From Octopus bimaculoides (lineage: Eukaryota), in NCBI RefSeq assembly GCF_001194135.2, contig NC_068983.1, positions 150,195,046 through 150,231,241 of the forward strand: 36,196 nt of DNA, written 5' to 3'. The notes under the pieces are model-generated. The model was not told where the DNA came from. It was given only the letters and a program-made list of their open reading frames with translations, and did no database searches. A program made the position numbers and the translations under genes. Below are positions 11,001 through 23,375 of the stretch, one piece after another. Position 1 is the stretch's first letter. The number at the start of each line of letters is the position of its first letter.

Positions 11001-13198
11001 TGTGCTTGCACATACATGTCTATGCTCATTTATATTTCCACTTTCCCATGAGCCTACAAGTAGTGGTGTTGTCATTTTCCCTGTTCAGAATTCATTTGCT
11101 GGCTTTGTGCTTTCAAAGACGTGGGAAACACATATGGGATAGTGACAAGAGCACTTAGCGGGAAAAACAATGCCTTGAAAATATATTTGTGTAATCCATG
11201 GTAGCAAAGAAAAACAGGCATAAAAATGAATAGAATGCATTATGCCTGTGTCTGTGTGTAATATAATTATAAAATATATATTTTATATAATATAGATGCA
11301 AGTATGGATGTAATCTATATACATATACACACAGGCACACAAATGTGTGCGCACGCACACATATAAATATACATGTACACATACATACAAATATATACAC
11401 ACATACATACAAATATATACACACATATATAAATAGTAAAATAAAGATTCAGATGGAATCAGGTACTTGAAAAGATATGCACTAGGCAGGGCTGGATAAA
11501 CCTGTGATTCCAGTCTATAGTTGGTAAGTACCAAATAAGATATTCTGGTTGTGTACAGAGAAAACCATCCCTATGGGTATTTAGCACCTAGGGTCGGTTC
11601 AAGCATGCGTTTGTTGGTATAGTCTAGGGTGTCCAACAAGTAAATTCCCTTGGTGTCTTATAATCAAATGAATAATAACATATGATGGATAATTGTCAGC
11701 TCATTACACCTGTTTCTTACACATCTTTTTAATAGAAGAATGAGAACATAACTCCATTACAAAAAGCATAATCATCAGATGAAATGTAATTTTACAAACA
11801 AAAGAATATCCCAAGAATACAGCAGGGACATGGCTGAAGTCTGTTGAGGCCAACTGTGAAATGAGAGAATGACCAACAAAGTTGGCTGTTGAGATTAAGA
11901 ATATAGTTCATGAAAGATATCTAAGGTCAGTGACCCGGGTGAGATAGGAGTTTGGTAGGCTAGAGTGGCGTGCAGGTAATATTTTATTATAGTAAGTTTG
12001 GAACAATGGGTAATGATGAGAGGACCTAATATAAATTAAGGATGAAGAAAGCAAAAGTAAGGGTGCAGAAAAATAAATACATGCAAGCCAAAGAGGCATA
12101 GAGTCCGGGTTTAGGATTCACAAGCTAAGGCTAAAGGACAAAGGGAGGCAGGCAGAGAAACACAGAATTTAGGGGTATTCTGTGGACATTGGTTGAAAGT
12201 AGGGGGAGGGTACAAAGGCAGTCAAATAATAAGATCTAACTTCTAATGGAATTGTAAGCATGAAGTGGAAAGATATAGGGTGTAGTTTTAGATACAAAAA
12301 TGTATATGGGTTAGTGGAGGCTGCTTGTAATATTAGGACACGTTTGCCTGGAGAGGAAAACCTGGTAGTAATAATAGAGTACTACTTATCATTAAGAAGT
12401 TTAAAGAAAGATGGGGTAATATAATAAACTATACCTCGTACGGACTTAGAGGAAATACCAGATCAGATATCAAAGAAAGCCAGCAGTAGGAAATAGTCTA
12501 ATGATTAACAATATGGAATGTTATATAGGTGGTGTTGATATTATTTAATTAGATAGTATAATCATTATTGTGTAAATCAGGTAATGCAACTCCAGACAAT
12601 AGCTGTGGGTAAGAGGTCTGGATAGCATGTTCCATCTATTATTTAACGAGTGCAGCATAAATAACTCTATCTTGGTGTAAGGATTACGTACCTAGTAGAA
12701 TTGGAAGAGAACTGGTTAGGATGTGCAGGCTGCTACTTCTAAGTTAGATATCTTTGCTATTGCATAATACTGGGTACAGCACAGATAGAATGGTTAGTTC
12801 CTTCAACATAGCATACCATGCAAGTATAGTAAAAATTAATGGTAAAGGGAAACAAGACTGGAAGGACTCAAAAATAAATAGGCAGATGAATCAATTTTTG
12901 GGTCAACAACAGAGGGAGTAAATTAGATTGGCCCTAAGTTAATAGTTACTATACAGGTTGTTTGGCATCTTTAAAATATTTAGAAGTGTGGATAGCCTTA
13001 TGTATACAGGAAAGGCAAAGGTCTAGTTTATTATTTGGTAGATTTTCACTATTTGATCTCATGAAAATTTCAAACAGCTCCATGCAGCAAAGCGCGCACC
13101 CGTATCTGCAGTTTAGCAACCCTAATGATGTCTCAACTCAAATCAAATTTAAGTGTCATCCTTGAGCTCCCAAATCTTTGTGGCTAGAAGTCGTGTGT

Positions 13199-13199
<1 letters not shown>

Positions 13200-13251
<52 letters not shown>

Positions 13252-13281
13252 CACACACGCACACACACACACACACACACA
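13200..13281. repeat. (CA)n microsatellite
   Basis: Direct reading. Confidence 0.97.
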
Positions 13282-13373
13282 GGCCTCAAGTCACTTTTGT
13301 AACTTTTCTGCCAATTAAAACACAGATAAATCCTGGGTTCTCCTACTCAAAGGAACATAGTTATGTCACTTAA

Positions 13374-13590
13374 CCCTTTTGTTACCATATTTCTGTTGAG
13401 ATGAGTTTCTTTCAATTAATTTTAAATATAACAAAGAATTTACTAAAATAACTTAGTTACTATTTAGCTAATGTTAGGAACATAAATTGTGACTAAGGTT
13501 TGGTGGAAGATTTTAATTTAGAACTTTTGAAAATGAGGCATTTGTACTACAGAGCCAGAGGCGGTTTCAGGCAGGTTGGTATCAAAAGGG
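13374..13590. mobile_element. piggyBac-type MITE (TTAA target duplication, CCCTTT TIRs)
   Basis: ttaa|cccttttgttacca ... tggtatcaaaaggg|ttaa; TIR 13/14 identical; related copy at 28937-29156. Confidence 0.8.
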
Positions 13591-14655
13591 TTAAAATAAT
13601 GAACTCAAAATATTAGGATTATTAACATGTTATTGAAACAGTGAGTTCAATAACATGCATTTCATCGGAAGCCTTCTGGTCGCTGATAATTAACAGGTGC
13701 AGGGTCTTATTTAACTGAGACTGTAGAGTGGCTAGCAAAAACTAGAGATGACGATACGATCATAATGCTGGTGAAGGTAGAGAGATGGCTATGTCAAAGA
13801 GAAGGTGATGATGGGGATAGCATTATCACTACCACCACTATCGTTACCGTAATCACCATCTCCATGGGTGGGGTGGGGGTTGTTTGAGCAACCTTCTGCT
13901 ATGGCTCTAGGGAATAATCCAAATATTACAACAACCCTTAATTTGCATCTATCTTCAAGCATACCACCTTCTCCCACACCACGGCATCATCCTCATCACT
14001 ACTCTTACTAGGACTATCATCAGCATCCTCACTGTTCTAACTCTTCTTCTACACCAGCATTTACTATCCAGACTTCTAACACAATCTCAGTTGCATAAGG
14101 CTTTCTACTGTTCTTGGTAATTAGCTGGACATATTTTCAGACAAAACAAAATGCATTTTGCTGAACCCGCTGATATATATATATATGCATGCATGCACAT
14201 ACACACTGTGATAAGTGAGTATAGCTTGGTAGCACGTGTGATGCTTTTACAAATTGTTTAAACACCTATGTACGTAGTTATGAGTAGACATAACACATTT
14301 TGATCCTCCCACCTTTGACTCAGAGAAACACTGAGGATGTGAGGGGGCTGGCTCAATACATAGCTAATACTAATTTTCACCTGAGTAGACTGAAGCAGAT
14401 GCTTTGCTCAAGAATAGAATGTGCTACCTTGTCCAGACTGTAAGCTCAACACTAAGTCGCACACTTTCACTGTGTGTGTGTGTGTGTGTGTGTGCACGCG
14501 TGTGTGTGCACGCGTATGTATGTGTGCACGCGTGTGTGCGCATATGTCCAGTATCTCATGCTTGCATGAGTCAGACAGAATTTCTTGACGTGGGTTTTCA
14601 ATGGCTAGATAACCTTCCTGTTGCCAGCCCACATCTATCTTCAAGCAACATATTA

Positions 14656-14666
<11 letters not shown>

Positions 14667-14715
<49 letters not shown>

Positions 14716-14726
14716 TAGATAGATAG
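14667..14726. repeat. (TA)n + (GATA)n microsatellite
   Basis: Direct reading. Confidence 0.95.
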
Positions 14727-14774
14727 AAAAGACAACAGGAATTTATCTGTAAAAATATGTGACAATTATCCGGT

Positions 14775-14846
14775 AGCCATGATAAAACTCCGAGTTTCGG
14801 ATGCCAGGGCAGAAACCCACGCTGCCATCTCTTCAGTTATCTGGCC
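14775..14846 (-). ncRNA. Type I hammerhead ribozyme motif
   Basis: Minus strand: GGCCAGATAA-CTGAAGA-[GATG GCAG cgtgggttt CTGC cctgg CATC c]-GAAA-CTCgGAG-TT-TTATCaTGGCT. Stem I is 10 bp with a 1-nt bulge; stem II is 4+4 bp; stem III is short and near-palindromic. Predicted GUU cleavage between 14786 and 14785. Confidence 0.8.
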
Positions 14847-16449
14847 ATTGAAAATTCCTATGAAAATGACAGTTAAACAAAGGGAAATTACTGTGTGGCT
14901 GACCGTTATTAAGACAAAAGAGCTATTAGAATGACCGCTAAGTAAGGGGAGGGAGTAAAGCTAAGGGAGTAAAAAAGTCCATAGCATTCGCATAAGCGCA
15001 CCAATCCATACATGCGCCTATATGGATTGGTATGCTTACGTGAATACTATGGACTTTTTTACTGCATTTAAGCATTTTACCTGCATTTAAGCATTTAAGC
15101 AGGGTTTCCTGTTTGAGGTTACCTTTCTCCCATCTTCCTATCAATTTTAGAGATCCTGTAATGGGCCATTGGCACAGCATTCTCCCCTGACAAAAAAATT
15201 AAAATATTGAAAAGTTCAAGTATCCCCAAAACAATAGGCAAATTCAAAAGTGACCCTTGAACTTTACTGGTGTAGGCTGTAAAAATTTATCTGCTGTAAA
15301 GACAACCCATGAAGTGAACCAGTATGGATGACTATAACATACAATACAGAAGCAGAATGTAAATACTTTCATCATTAAACACTTTCAGTCTTTCAATAGA
15401 AATGTAAATAGTTACAATTCATTATAATAATTATAGTATTTCAGGAACAGAGTAGAAGTATCTTGTTTCTTGCAGATTTTTTTTTTATGCTGCTTAGCTT
15501 TGTTTTCCAGTTTAGGTTTCAATAATGATAGTATCTATGCATTAGCTGTATTGATTATTTAATTTATTTGATGCATTAAATAATTTAAACAGAATTTCTG
15601 ATAATGGAAACTGTATTCTGGCCTATCACACTTAAGGTTGACAGCAATGATTCCATAGGATTGTGCCAAACCTTTAATATATCATCACTATCATGTAACA
15701 TTATAATAGTGGCCTTAGCTCAAAGACATCAGTTAACTTGGACAATAAATATAACTTTTTTTCATGATGCCATCTCAAATGCGAGTAACATTTAGATGTG
15801 TACAATGCACACCCCTTATATTTAGGTCTTCAAATGAGGGAAAAGTGTGCATTATGCATGAATACATCAATTGTTTTCTGCTGTTTTGTTTGGCGGGGGT
15901 TATTATATTCCTCTTGTGCACAAAAGCACAAAGACATTCATTAACATTTTAGACTATAAACAGCCTTTATATGTTAGTTATTTTTCACCATCACCTAGCA
16001 AAACCACATCAGTTTCAATAAACTTCCTTGGTGAAAAACATTTAAATACTATTCTATGTGTCTAGAGTGGTAAACTCAAGTATCACTGTTCATTTCTGTT
16101 TTCATTTCAGTTTTCTTGTACACATAGCTTGCCTAAAAGCTGCAATAAAAGCTGTAACTGACCACATTTACAAATAATACATTGTTCATAAGTTCTAATA
16201 ACACTGATTTTCATAGTTTTGAGGTCAGTAAAATAAGTACTAGTTGAGGCTGGGAGTCAATGTAATTGACTTTCTCCCAGCCTAAAAATGCTGGCCTTGT
16301 GTCAAAATTGTTATGAGCTGTGAAGATAGTAAATCATGCAACTACAGATGATGGAAAAAAATATATTAAACTGCCTAATTTTAACTCAATTTAAGCCATC
16401 ATTCTATGCTTTAAATTGAAAGCTGATGTAGAGAATAAGTTTGAATTTT

Positions 16450-16560
16450 CTGTTTTACATTGAACAATAAACTACTTTATTCCCATCATTTTTACCTCAC
16501 CTACTGCCCAACCATCAGGGGTAGGGAGAACAGAATTATTTATTGTTCAATGTAAAACAG
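16450..16560. mobile_element. Small element with perfect 22-bp terminal inverted repeats (MITE-like)
   Basis: ctgttttacattgaacaataaa (16450-16471) and tttattgttcaatgtaaaacag (16539-16560). Confidence 0.6.
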
Positions 16561-16583
16561 TGAAAGTTACTATCTAAAATTTA

Positions 16584-16585
<2 letters not shown>

Positions 16586-16622
<37 letters not shown>
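16586..16622. repeat. (CT)n microsatellite
   Basis: Direct reading. Confidence 0.97.
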
Positions 16623-16627
<5 letters not shown>

Positions 16628-17119
16628 AGGGGGCAGAAACACTTACAGGATTTAAATTTACAATACTATCATCATTATTATAAGTATGAAATTAAAAATT
16701 TAAGGCAAACTTATGGATAAGATTGTCACAAACATGCCTTTCCTAGAAGGCATTAGAAACATATGTAAGATGAGAGGGTTCAGTGAGGACTGAGAACTTA
16801 CCTACTACTATTATGGAAGATATAGTTGGTGAATATCACAGACCACTGCTATTGTGACTACTAAATATTGCAGACTGTGTGCATCATGCTTGACTGATAT
16901 TGCAGATCATATCAGTGTGTCTAGTTGACATCTCAGTATTGCACTAATTTGCAAGTAATATTTGAGTAAACCTATCAAATAAACAAACCCATTATGCTGC
17001 AGTTAAACCCTTTCATGAATCATTAAGTACTGCTTGCCAGAGGCACAGTGTCAATACCAAAATGTGTTTACCTTGCAACCTCCCTCCCATCCTCCTATTT
17101 ATTCACTACCATAAGAAGA

Positions 17120-17121
<2 letters not shown>

Positions 17122-17180
<59 letters not shown>
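17122..17180. repeat. (CT)n microsatellite
   Basis: Direct reading. Confidence 0.97.
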
Positions 17181-17183
<3 letters not shown>

Positions 17184-18764
17184 GAAGATTATGTCTGAAT
17201 GCATTAGATTTTTCTTTCTTCATGGAAAACCAATTTATTTCACTTTTGAACTGCTTTTATTCACCAATTGCTGACACAGATCATCACTAGTTACCATGGA
17301 TCCTACTGTTTACTTAACTGACACTTTAGCTGTTAGCTCAACACACTACACTGCAACTCTATTACTAATTCTATTTTATAACTGATGATTGATTTAGTAT
17401 TTTAACTTCATATTCTGCTAACTAAACATTTTGATGGAAAATTATATCATTTTCTTTTAAGACCACAGTTAAAAGATCTTTTCTTTAGACATTTGTGTTT
17501 TTGAAAACATTTGGCCTAGCAGAAATTGAAAAATGTTTGTTGAATTAAGCTGATTTATAATTGTTTAATCTAGGGACTAAAGATTTATCATTTGTTTAAC
17601 TCACCTTAAAAGTAGTCGTTTTCTTAATGTAAAACATTATATGTATCATGTATCATATCAAATTCTGTATTTCAGAATATATTTGTCTATACATCCTTTA
17701 CTGTCAAACATCAGCCACTGTGTAATAATGAAACCAGTAGGTACACATTAAATATAAACACCAGTGATAAAATCTAGTCAGAAAAAACAAAAAAAAAAAA
17801 TGAAAATAGAAATAGAGAAATTTGGTTTCCTGATAAAACTTATTGCAGACTTGCCCTTGACACACTAAATTAAGAGGAAAAAATTAGTAATAACTCAAAA
17901 AGCCATCAAGGGTTACTGGGGCATTGCATTTTATTTAAAACAGAAGCACTGCACTTCCATCTTCTATTCTTATTTTGATGGAGAATTTCATAAGTTTTGT
18001 GGGGATGGGGGAGGAGGCTTCTAAAAGGAATTAAAATTTGTAGACAAACCTTTAATTCCTGAACAAATGGCTTAACTTTTCTGAAACCAAACTGCACAAA
18101 GCCACCTTTGGTTTTATGATACAGACTTCCTATTTTAAAGTGATCTAAATTAAAACTTCCTATTGATATTTCGTGTTAATTTATATGTTCCAAACATCAG
18201 TTTAATAATGACAAAGTTATTTTATTACATTCATTATTTTCTAAATTAATTGAAAGAAAACCAGTGTATTTCAATAGAAATATGGTAACAAAGGAGTTAA
18301 ATAAGTAAGACAAGTTTATGAGGATATGGTTTTCAACATAATTACCCAACCGATTATAGCTATCAAAAATAACAGTCAAGCACTTAAAATTTTATCCAAG
18401 TACACCTCACGATCTATTATTGGAATGCTATAATCAACCAAGGCATACTGGCAAGCAGAACAGGCAGTTAAAATATTCAGAGATACCAAAACATGTCACT
18501 TTGGTATTTTCAGTCAATTATAACCAGTAACTGATGATTCATTTTCACTCTTGTCTCCATACTTGGTTTTACCTCATTCTTTGAAGTTAACATTTAAGGC
18601 ATATAATCGGCTATAACACAATTTATATTTTAGACCAGTACACGGAGTTTGCGTTTGCTTAGATACAATATATCTAGGAATAAAAATTCTCAAGATAAAC
18701 TTAATATCTTTTAAAAGTATTCTTTGATTTTTTTTAATGACATTTTTACCCACAGTGAATTTCT

Positions 18765-18766
<2 letters not shown>

Positions 18767-18798
<32 letters not shown>
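18767..18798. repeat. poly(T) tract
   Basis: Direct reading. Confidence 0.95.
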
Positions 18799-18800
<2 letters not shown>

Positions 18801-20369
18801 GCAGCAAATGCATTAGACAAATATGAAATTTGATTTTAATATAAAATAAAATATTTATAGTCCCTATTATTTACAATGCGACTAATAATTATATTAAATA
18901 CTTCAATCTGATAGATTTCTATAATTATTTTTAACTTAAAAATCATAAAGTTAAAAGAAAATTATATTTGTAACTCATTACGATAAATAAATATATAAAG
19001 CCATTTGTGGAAAGAAACTAATAAATCTACTAGGTGAGTTAGTAAGTTGCTTTCATCATATTACTGTAGTGTGCTGCAGAAAGTTCAGAAAATCTAAAGA
19101 TAGATATTTATATTCCATCCAAACTTCTCAATCTATACAGACTTAAAGGATACATATGACATTGAGAATGGGAAGGGCAACAAAATCAGAAAGGACCTTC
19201 ATATGACAAACTGAGACAAAATTTTAGACTTACAGAAAATATTTATTGCTATTTAAAAAACAAAAGTCTAAGTATTGTAGTTAGCAAATTTTTTTAATAG
19301 AACTCAATTTAAAATTTATAACCTGTCTTTCATAACTAATCAATACCAAACCTTCTAACAACTATTTAGAATAAAATATTTTGTAAGTATATTCTCATCA
19401 TACCGTCCTATAAAATATCTACTTTATATACCATGTTTATACATAGCAAGTAGTAAAACCATCTTAGGATTTTTCCAACTAGTAAGCTATTACTGCAAAG
19501 GCTAGTTCTCCAGCAGTTACCAACAGAAAAGCTAGTAATGTTTCCCTATTTATTTAGTTATTTATGGCACGACACCTACATACTGGAATATGTATACAAC
19601 ATTTCTCAAATTATCTCAAAAGATAAAATTTTCTTAACTATTCTTCATTTCTCTTTTTAAACTATTTTCGAGGAATGGGTTACCCATCATATTACAATTT
19701 AACCTTGATAGAATATTTTTATTTTCTTTAAAAGTAACCACCTTTCATCAGTGATAAAGAGAAAAGAACCAAAATTATATGATATTAAAAAGTTAGGCTA
19801 GTACGTTATTAACCAAATGAAGCAGACCAGCGAAAAATCTAATTTAGTATGTCTGAGATGTTAGTGAACATTCAGTGCAAGGTTTACTTTAGGTTATTTA
19901 AAGTGGCATAAATGTTCATTACCACCACCATTTTAGCATTTGTTTTATTAAGACCAATAGCCACTTATCTTCATCATCTACCTGTAATGACCAACATTCT
20001 GAGATGTGAGCTCTTCAATTTCTCCTCTTCCACATAAGCAAGCACACCACACCTTAATCCAATACTTATTGAGCAATTACCTCACACGTTTCTGTCCTCA
20101 TTCTTGATCTTTCTCTCTCTCTCTCTGGCCGGGTAACCATGTACCTCTTCTAAAGCAAGACACCCATTTCTGTCTCTCTTCTTACTAAAGAAACATTTTA
20201 ATCATTAACTTGTAGAACTTGGAAACAGGAGAAATTCACAATAATAGCAATCTATAAAGCAATTGGTTGCTAATTCTCCATGTCTAATATAGAGCCAAGT
20301 TTCAAACAAAGCAGTCAAAAAATACAAGCTGTACAAAATACAGTTCATCTTATGGTCAAGATCACCACA

Positions 20370-20945
20370 GATTGGGAGCTGAAGATCATCTACATCATGA
20401 GGTATAAAGACTAAAAGTATAACCAGACTAACATTAGCACAACAATGCCCACTCATATGCCACAAGAGAAAACAGTAACCTTGAAATCCAAGCTACAATT
20501 AAATAAAGAATTAACACTATTTACAAGATTCAACAAAGATTCAGGCCACTTAGAATTCTGTCAACACTGGAAAACCAAGAACTGGCAATGAAAAAAAACT
20601 TTGCTGTTTAGTGGTTGATATGATTTGAATGCTATGAGGCAGTTACCCATCAGCAGACCAGATCATGATAAATATGGAAGAAAAATGCCTACCACAGAAA
20701 ACAAGATGAATACTGGCACAATTGTGCATTTGTTTTGGTCCTTACTATAAAAACTAACATAGTTGAAGTGATCCAGAAATCGTTAACGTAAGTTTAGATT
20801 GCAATGGCATTTCATATGATATCCAATATCTCTTCCACTGTACAAACTAATCCTATTCATCTAAATATACTGGACCAATGAAACAACCCCAGTTAAGCAG
20901 CAGAAAAACTTCAATTCGAATGACAACATTTGGTTCAAGGAAGGT
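20370..20945 (+). mobile_element. Possible very old Gypsy integrase remnant
   Basis: Fragments H..GIKTKSITR, QQCPLIC and DSGHLEFCQHWK loosely resemble the integrase zinc-finger and core motifs; many stops. Confidence 0.25.
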
Positions 20946-21287
20946 TCTATCTGAACAGTTCATAGACTTCATTTTCTAGTGTCACTACTGCTAACTACTC
21001 ATACATCTGTTGTATTTATTAATACCCAAGAGTTCTCACTGTAACTATACATAGCCATAAACAGCACACAGTAATAACTTCCTACCTACTCCCTTCTTAT
21101 ATATTAAGCTAAGTCCCTTCCTAGATAGCACAAAAGAATCTTCAAAATTTGGAACCTTTTCTCTGCAGCTTTTGAAGAGATTTTGCAATGAGAACCACAT
21201 GACCAATATAAAAGTTACCTAATCTTGAATCCCTGAAGTATTACCTAAAGAACTAGAATTAGACTAAGAACAGAGTCCTGATAAACA

Positions 21288-21332
<45 letters not shown>
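21288..21332. repeat. (CA)n microsatellite
   Basis: Direct reading. Confidence 0.97.
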
Positions 21333-21337
<5 letters not shown>

Positions 21338-22139
21338 TTCTTCAATGAATTTACAGCCAATCCTAACAGAGCTTGTTAATTCTTGAAGTTACCTATGCAA
21401 GGCCTCAAAACTTTTTATTTCTTTTAATATAGTCTAAGAAAGACTAGAAAGGAGGAAGGAATCAGATTTAAAAATGCAGATTCTCACAGAATATACGAAA
21501 TGGAACTAAAACACTACATTATACACCCACTCAATGCAGATGAGGATAAATAATCTGATAATATCTTCTTATAATTCACATACACAAAGGGTAGTAGTAG
21601 GAGTGGCAGCAATATAAAAATGGGATCCACCTCGTAGCAAAGGAAAATAAAATTATACCAAAATAGAAAACAGTATACACACAAATAGTAATAGTTGATT
21701 AGTACTTATTGACTCTGGAAAGATGAAAAGCAAATTAAACCTCTGCAAAATATGAATACAGAACGTTAAATATTAATAAGGTATTTTGTTTGGTGCTTTA
21801 CAAGGTCTGGAAATCCATCACTTCAATGTAAATCCATCACAAGAAAAGAAAATGCTGTATTAATCATAAAGAGAATAGAAAACAAAGAAGTATTGACTAA
21901 TAGTCACAAAGATGAAAATGAGATGGATTTCTCTGAAAGGAATTTTATAACAACATAATTTGAGCCTCAAATCTTGTCAGATGATAATCCCTAAATTATT
22001 CCTAATTCATATCCAACTGTTTTTAAAAAAAAGAGCACACAAATGAAATAGACCTAGGTATAATATGTAAAATTTAAAAAGTAAAAAAGAGAATGGTTAC
22101 CAATGGATTGCCTTTGATCATGTGTCTCATTTCCATGAA

Positions 22140-22725
22140 AAGCAACCTCTCTCTGCTAAATACCAACCTACTACCCTCTTCCTGTATCTCAAAGAGAATA
22201 AAATATAAACACCCACTCAAGTGAATCAGCTCTATTACAGATATTTACTTTCCTATGTCATGCACCAATAGTCTCGTTGTTGTTGTTGGCACTCCATCGC
22301 TTACGACATCAAGGTTTCCAGTTGATCTGATCAACGGAACAGCCTGCTCGTGAAATTAACGTGCAAGTGGCTGAGCACTCCACAGACACATGTACCCTTA
22401 ACATAGTTCTCGGGGATATTCAGCGTGACAAAGTGTGACAAGGCTGACCCTTTGAATTACAGGCACAACAGAAACAGGAAGTAAGAGTGAGAGAAAGTTG
22501 TGGCGAAAGAGTACAGCAGGGTTCGCCACTATCCCCTGCTGGAGCCTCGTGGAGCTTTAGGTGTTTTTGCTCAATAAACATTCACAATGCCCGGTCTGGG
22601 AATCGAAACCGCAATCTTATGACCGTAAGTCTGCTGCCCTAACCACTGAGCCATTGCACCTCCACCTCTTTCTTGATAATCATGGCAAAACAAATACTGT
22701 TGCTCTTGACATCAATGTAATTTTT
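22140..22725 (+). mobile_element. Short decayed L2/CR1-group RT fragment interrupted by a SINE
   Basis: KYQPTTL (NYRPI-like) before the SINE and LDNHGKTNTVALDI (VALDISKAFD-like) after it. Confidence 0.35.
22276..22665 (-). mobile_element. Full-length tRNA-derived SINE with (AAC)n tail
   Basis: Minus strand gtggaggtgcaaTGGCTCAGTGGttagggcagcagac...GTTTCGATTCCcagac (clear A and B boxes), ~390 bp, ends gagtgccaacaacaacaac. Confidence 0.9.
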
Positions 22726-22819
22726 TTTACTTTGCTTGACTTGAGAAATGCCTTGTAATGTTACCCACTTAGTGTCAATCAATCTTAAATAATGAAAGAA
22801 TTTCAACTTGGTTATTCAG

Positions 22820-22980
22820 TCTATTAGCAACAATAGCCAAATCCCCCTCAATCTTAAAAAAAGAGCACATTGGATAATGTGGTTCTGGATTTCTTGCACA
22901 TAATTATATGATGAAGTGGTCAAAGCTGGAATGCCTTTGATCTTTGGCCCACTTGATTTGGATTGATCAAGGTTAAACAA
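22820..22980 (-). repeat. Fragment of a dispersed repeat also seen at ~26405-26480 and ~35720-35870
   Basis: cacattggataatgtggttctgg...gctggaatgcctttgatc is the reverse complement of gatcaagagcaagttctggcc...ggactacattatcccatgtg-like sequence. Confidence 0.5.
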
Positions 22981-23375
22981 AAAGAACTCAGATTGGAAAA
23001 TTCCCTGATAGACTGTGCCAGCAAAGCAGGTTCCCCCTACCCCAGTGTTGTGAGAATGCAATGAACTGTGTGTATGCATATTTATGTTGTGTGCATATAC
23101 ATTGTTTATACAAAAATATACATGCTGTTCATGTATGTATTTTTTATACGTAACTATTTTGGCTAGCTTTTCATTACCAAACTACATCATGTCGTCGTTA
23201 ACTCATTCTCAACCCACTGGTGAAAATTATTATTTGTCTACTGTATCTGTCAAAGAAGTTGAATAAAGCCTTATTTCCAATATGGCAATTCTGTTCTTAC
23301 AAACGCTCGTCAGTCTGAAATTGTTCATTCTGTATCCTGGTATTTACATTTCAATTTATTCAACTTCTTTCAAAC

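Noticed and set aside
11800-13060. Strand-biased region as a decayed LINE
   Set aside because: Only isolated motif-like words on both strands; no consistent domain order
13085-13125. CpG-containing patch with an RFX-like half site (tttagcaac) as a promoter
   Set aside because: Half site only, with no linked gene evidence
13626-13657. 12-bp inverted repeat hairpin, and the 10-bp palindrome at 1541-1561
   Set aside because: Short AT-rich palindromes are expected by chance at this scale
22600-22665. tRNA gene on the minus strand
   Set aside because: This is the tRNA-derived head of a SINE; it continues into SINE body and lacks a complete cloverleaf
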